From a virus (taxonomy: Duplodnaviria > Caudoviricetes), in IMG/VR virus record IMGVR_UViG_2928768511_000002, positions 1 to 64,000 of that record: a stretch of 64,000 nucleotides of DNA. The stretch is one strand, 5' to 3'. The first letter of the stretch is position 1. Every line of letters starts with the position of its first letter. The position numbers and the translations under genes are program-made. Under the pieces are notes generated by a model. The model did no database searches, was not told where the DNA came from, and saw only the letters and a list, made by a program, of their open reading frames with translations. Shown one piece after another: positions 61,276-64,000 of the stretch.

Positions 61276-64000
61276 ATGAACCCGGTCGAAATCGAAGAAG
61301 CGATTTCGGCTCTCGCAGAGCAGCCATTCGACCCCCTCGAGTTTCCATTCGCTTTCCTCCAAGCGTTCGGGAACAAGGATACAACGATCAAGCGGCTGCG
61401 CTCGGGTGCGTCTAACAAGTCCGATTTGGGCGGCGTCCTGCAAACGAACAATATCCACATCGCCGTCTGTCCGCCGGGCGAGGCTACCAAGATGCTTGCC
61501 GCGCTGAAGGCCAGCCCGGCGACGACCAGGGCGAAGGCGCGATACATCCTCGCGACCGACGGTGCGGACTTCGAGGCCGAGGACCTGGAATCGGACGATT
61601 CGCCGATTGCTTGTGCCTATCGAGACTTCCCTGATCACTTTGGTTTCTTCCTGCCACTCGCCGGTATCACCACCGTCAAGCAGGTGCGAGAAAGCTCCTT
61701 CGACATCCGGGCCACCAGCCGCCTGAACCGGCTCTACGTCGAGCTTCTCAAGGACAACCCCGAATGGGGCACGGCCGAGCGCCGCCCCGACATGAATCAT
61801 TTCATGGCGCGGCTGATCTTCTGCTTTTTCGCCGAGGATACCGACATCTTCGGCGGCACGCGCCGGTTCACCGCCACCGTCGAGCAGATGAGCGCCAAGG
61901 ACTCGTCCAACACCCATGAGGTGATCGGTACTCTGTTTCGAGCCATGAACACAAAGAGGGAGGATCGCGCAGCGGCGAACATCCCCCGTTGGGCCGACCA
62001 GTTCCCCTATGTAAACGGCGGTCTCTTTTCGGGAAGCATGGATGTACCGCGCTTCAGCAGGATCGCGCGGTCCTACCTGCTGCACATCGGCAATCTCGAC
62101 TGGACGAAGATCAACCCCGACATCTTCGGCTCGATGATACAGGCCGTTGCCGATGACGAAGAGCGCGGCGCGCTCGGCATGCATTACACCAGTGTGCCAA
62201 ACATCTTGAAGGTGCTCAATCCGCTGTTTCTCGACGACCTGCGGGCGCGGCTTGAGGAAGCGGGCGACAATCCCCGCACATTGCTCAACCTCCGCAAGCG
62301 CATGTCGAAGATCAGGGTGTTCGATCCGGCTTGCGGCTCGGGCAACTTTCTTGTCATTGCTTACAAGGAGATGCGCGAGATCGAGGCCGAGATCAACCGG
62401 CGGCGCGGTGAGGCGGTCCGACGCTCGGAAATCCCGCTCACAAACTTTCGCGGCATCGAGCTGCGCGATTTCCCAGCAGAGGTCGCGCGTCTCGCCCTCA
62501 TCATCGCGGAGTTTCAATGTGACGTGCTTTATCGCGGACAGAAGGAGGCGCTCGCCGAGTTTCTGCCGCTTGATGCGCAGAACTGGATCACCTGCGGCAA
62601 CGCGCTGCGGCTAGATTGGCTCAGCATCTGTCCACCAACCGGTACAGGCGTGAAGCATCACGCAGAAGACCTCTTTCACACCCCGCTCGATCAAGCGCAG
62701 ATCGACTTTGAGAATGAGGGCGGAGAGACCTACATCTGCGGGAATCCACCATACTTGGGAAGCACTTGGCAAAGTGCTGAGCAGAAGGCTGACATTCGAA
62801 CCCTTCTCCGGGGCCGAACATCGTCCAGTGGTTTCCTCGATTACGTAGCTGGCTGGTTCATTAAGGCGGCTGACTATGGGACGAGAACGGATTCCGTAGC
62901 AGCGTTTGTGTCCACCAATTCCATCTGCCAGGGTCAATCCGTATCGATCCTGTGGCCTGTGCTGTTCGAGACGGGCTGCGATATCCGGTTCGCATATACC
63001 TCATTCAAATGGTCGAACTTGGCCAGCAACAAGGCGGGGGTTACTGTCGTCATAGTAGGGATCGGTTCACCCACAAGTGCGCCGCGCCGTCTCTATGAGC
63101 ATGATGAACAGAATGGCGTTCTCATTCGCGAAGGAGCGTCGATCACGCCCTATCTGACGCTTGGACCTCGCATCATAGTTGAGAAGCGAGACGAACCAAT
63201 CGGCCCCCTAAGCGTGATGGAGTTCGGAAATAAGCCTAGTGATGGCGGTCATCTGCTCTTACGTCCCGAAGAACTCGCCTCGCTTGGCCTGGATGATGGA
63301 CAGCGTCGCAAATTCATCAGGCGAATATACGGCTCGGACGACTTCATCAACGGTGGTTGGCGGCTTTGCATTTGGATCGAGGATAATGATCTCAAGGAAG
63401 CTCAGTCTATTGAATCGCTCAAAGCGCGCATAGAAGCGGTTCGGCGTGTAAGGCTGGCGAGCCGAGATAAGGGGGCCAACGCCCTCGCAAAGCGAGCACA
63501 CCAGCTTAAGTTGATGCGTATCGGGACGCGAAGCACGATTGTCGTACCTGGCGTTTCATCTGAGCGAAGGCCCTACTTGACAGCAGGTCTCGTCGATGAC
63601 CACACGACGCTGACCAACCTCGCATTTGGCCTGTATGACGCGCCACTGTGGAACATGGCGGTGGTCGCCTCACGGCTGCACCTCGTCTGGATCGCGACTG
63701 TCTGCGGCAAACTGGAAACGCGATACCGTTATTCCAACACCCTTGGCTGGAATACATTTCCAGTCCCGACGCTGACCGAGAAGAACAAGGCGGATCTTAC
63801 CCGTTGCGCCGAGGACATCCTGCTGGCGCGTGAGGCGCATTTCCCGGCGACAATTGCTGATCTCTACGATCCCGACAAGATGCCCTCTGATCTGCGCGAG
63901 GCGCACGAGCGCAACGACGAGGTGCTTGAACGTATCTATATCGGCCGGCGGTTCCGCAACGACACCGAGCGGCTGGAAAAGCTCTTCGAGCTTTACACCA
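61276..64000 (+). CDS. yeeA: MmeI/YeeA-type type IIL restriction-modification methyltransferase, runs off window
   Basis: ATG 61276; ARLIFCFFAEDT; FDPACGSGNFL; GNPPYLG; YSNTLGWNTFP. Confidence 0.9.
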   Translation, partial: MNPVEIEEAISALAEQPFDPLEFPFAFLQAFGNKDTTIKRLRSGASNKSDLGGVLQTNNIHIAVCPPGEATKMLAALKASPATTRAKARYILATDGADFEAEDLESDDSPIACAYRDFPDHFGFFLPLAGITTVKQVRESSFDIRATSRLNRLYVELLKDNPEWGTAERRPDMNHFMARLIFCFFAEDTDIFGGTRRFTATVEQMSAKDSSNTHEVIGTLFRAMNTKREDRAAANIPRWADQFPYVNGGLFSGSMDVPRFSRIARSYLLHIGNLDWTKINPDIFGSMIQAVADDEERGALGMHYTSVPNILKVLNPLFLDDLRARLEEAGDNPRTLLNLRKRMSKIRVFDPACGSGNFLVIAYKEMREIEAEINRRRGEAVRRSEIPLTNFRGIELRDFPAEVARLALIIAEFQCDVLYRGQKEALAEFLPLDAQNWITCGNALRLDWLSICPPTGTGVKHHAEDLFHTPLDQAQIDFENEGGETYICGNPPYLGSTWQSAEQKADIRTLLRGRTSSSGFLDYVAGWFIKAADYGTRTDSVAAFVSTNSICQGQSVSILWPVLFETGCDIRFAYTSFKWSNLASNKAGVTVVIVGIGSPTSAPRRLYEHDEQNGVLIREGASITPYLTLGPRIIVEKRDEPIGPLSVMEFGNKPSDGGHLLLRPEELASLGLDDGQRRKFIRRIYGSDDFINGGWRLCIWIEDNDLKEAQSIESLKARIEAVRRVRLASRDKGANALAKRAHQLKLMRIGTRSTIVVPGVSSERRPYLTAGLVDDHTTLTNLAFGLYDAPLWNMAVVASRLHLVWIATVCGKLETRYRYSNTLGWNTFPVPTLTEKNKADLTRCAEDILLAREAHFPATIADLYDPDKMPSDLREAHERNDEVLERIYIGRRFRNDTERLEKLFELYT

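Noticed and set aside
45790-62517. Long antisense ORFs (e.g. 45790-47337, 48552-50663, 53490-55184, 56866-58275, 61159-62517)
   Set aside because: Shadow frames of GC3-biased genes on the opposite strand; no motifs or RBS

Overview
Positions 1 to ~59,240 are one large GC-rich contractile-tailed (myovirus-like) prophage, probably from a Bradyrhizobium-like alphaproteobacterium (inferred from GC content and the small hypothetical gene families). It continues beyond the left edge: no integrase, repressor or replication genes are visible. Layout: a leftward array of small early genes (1-8.2 kb); an AT-rich divergent control region; an accessory block with a truncated ATP-dependent ligase (8.9-13 kb); small rightward genes and Cys-rich secreted morons (13.3-19 kb); a tRNA/HNH cluster; a collagen-like fibre module; terminase, portal, scaffold and capsid; Mu/P2-like neck, baseplate and tail; lysis; and a phosphoesterase plus dNMP kinase. 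To the right lie a DUF5131/TcmP pair and an MmeI/YeeA-type restriction-modification gene running off the window. The most striking observation is a RiPP-like modification cluster inside the tail operon (41.65-45.4 kb). It comprises a 77-aa tail-tip-like peptide ending in NCACACACACGK, a small protein, a cupin-like protein, a GNAT-like protein, a radical SAM/SPASM enzyme and an Asp/Asn-beta-hydroxylase-like oxygenase with an HxH metal motif. Also notable: a phage-wide 16-bp palindrome (TTTGCA-N4-TGCAAA) that fits the host FixK2 box consensus, a triple 17-bp operator array, and several structured non-coding RNA candidates. All family assignments come from motif recognition by eye; no database searches were run.
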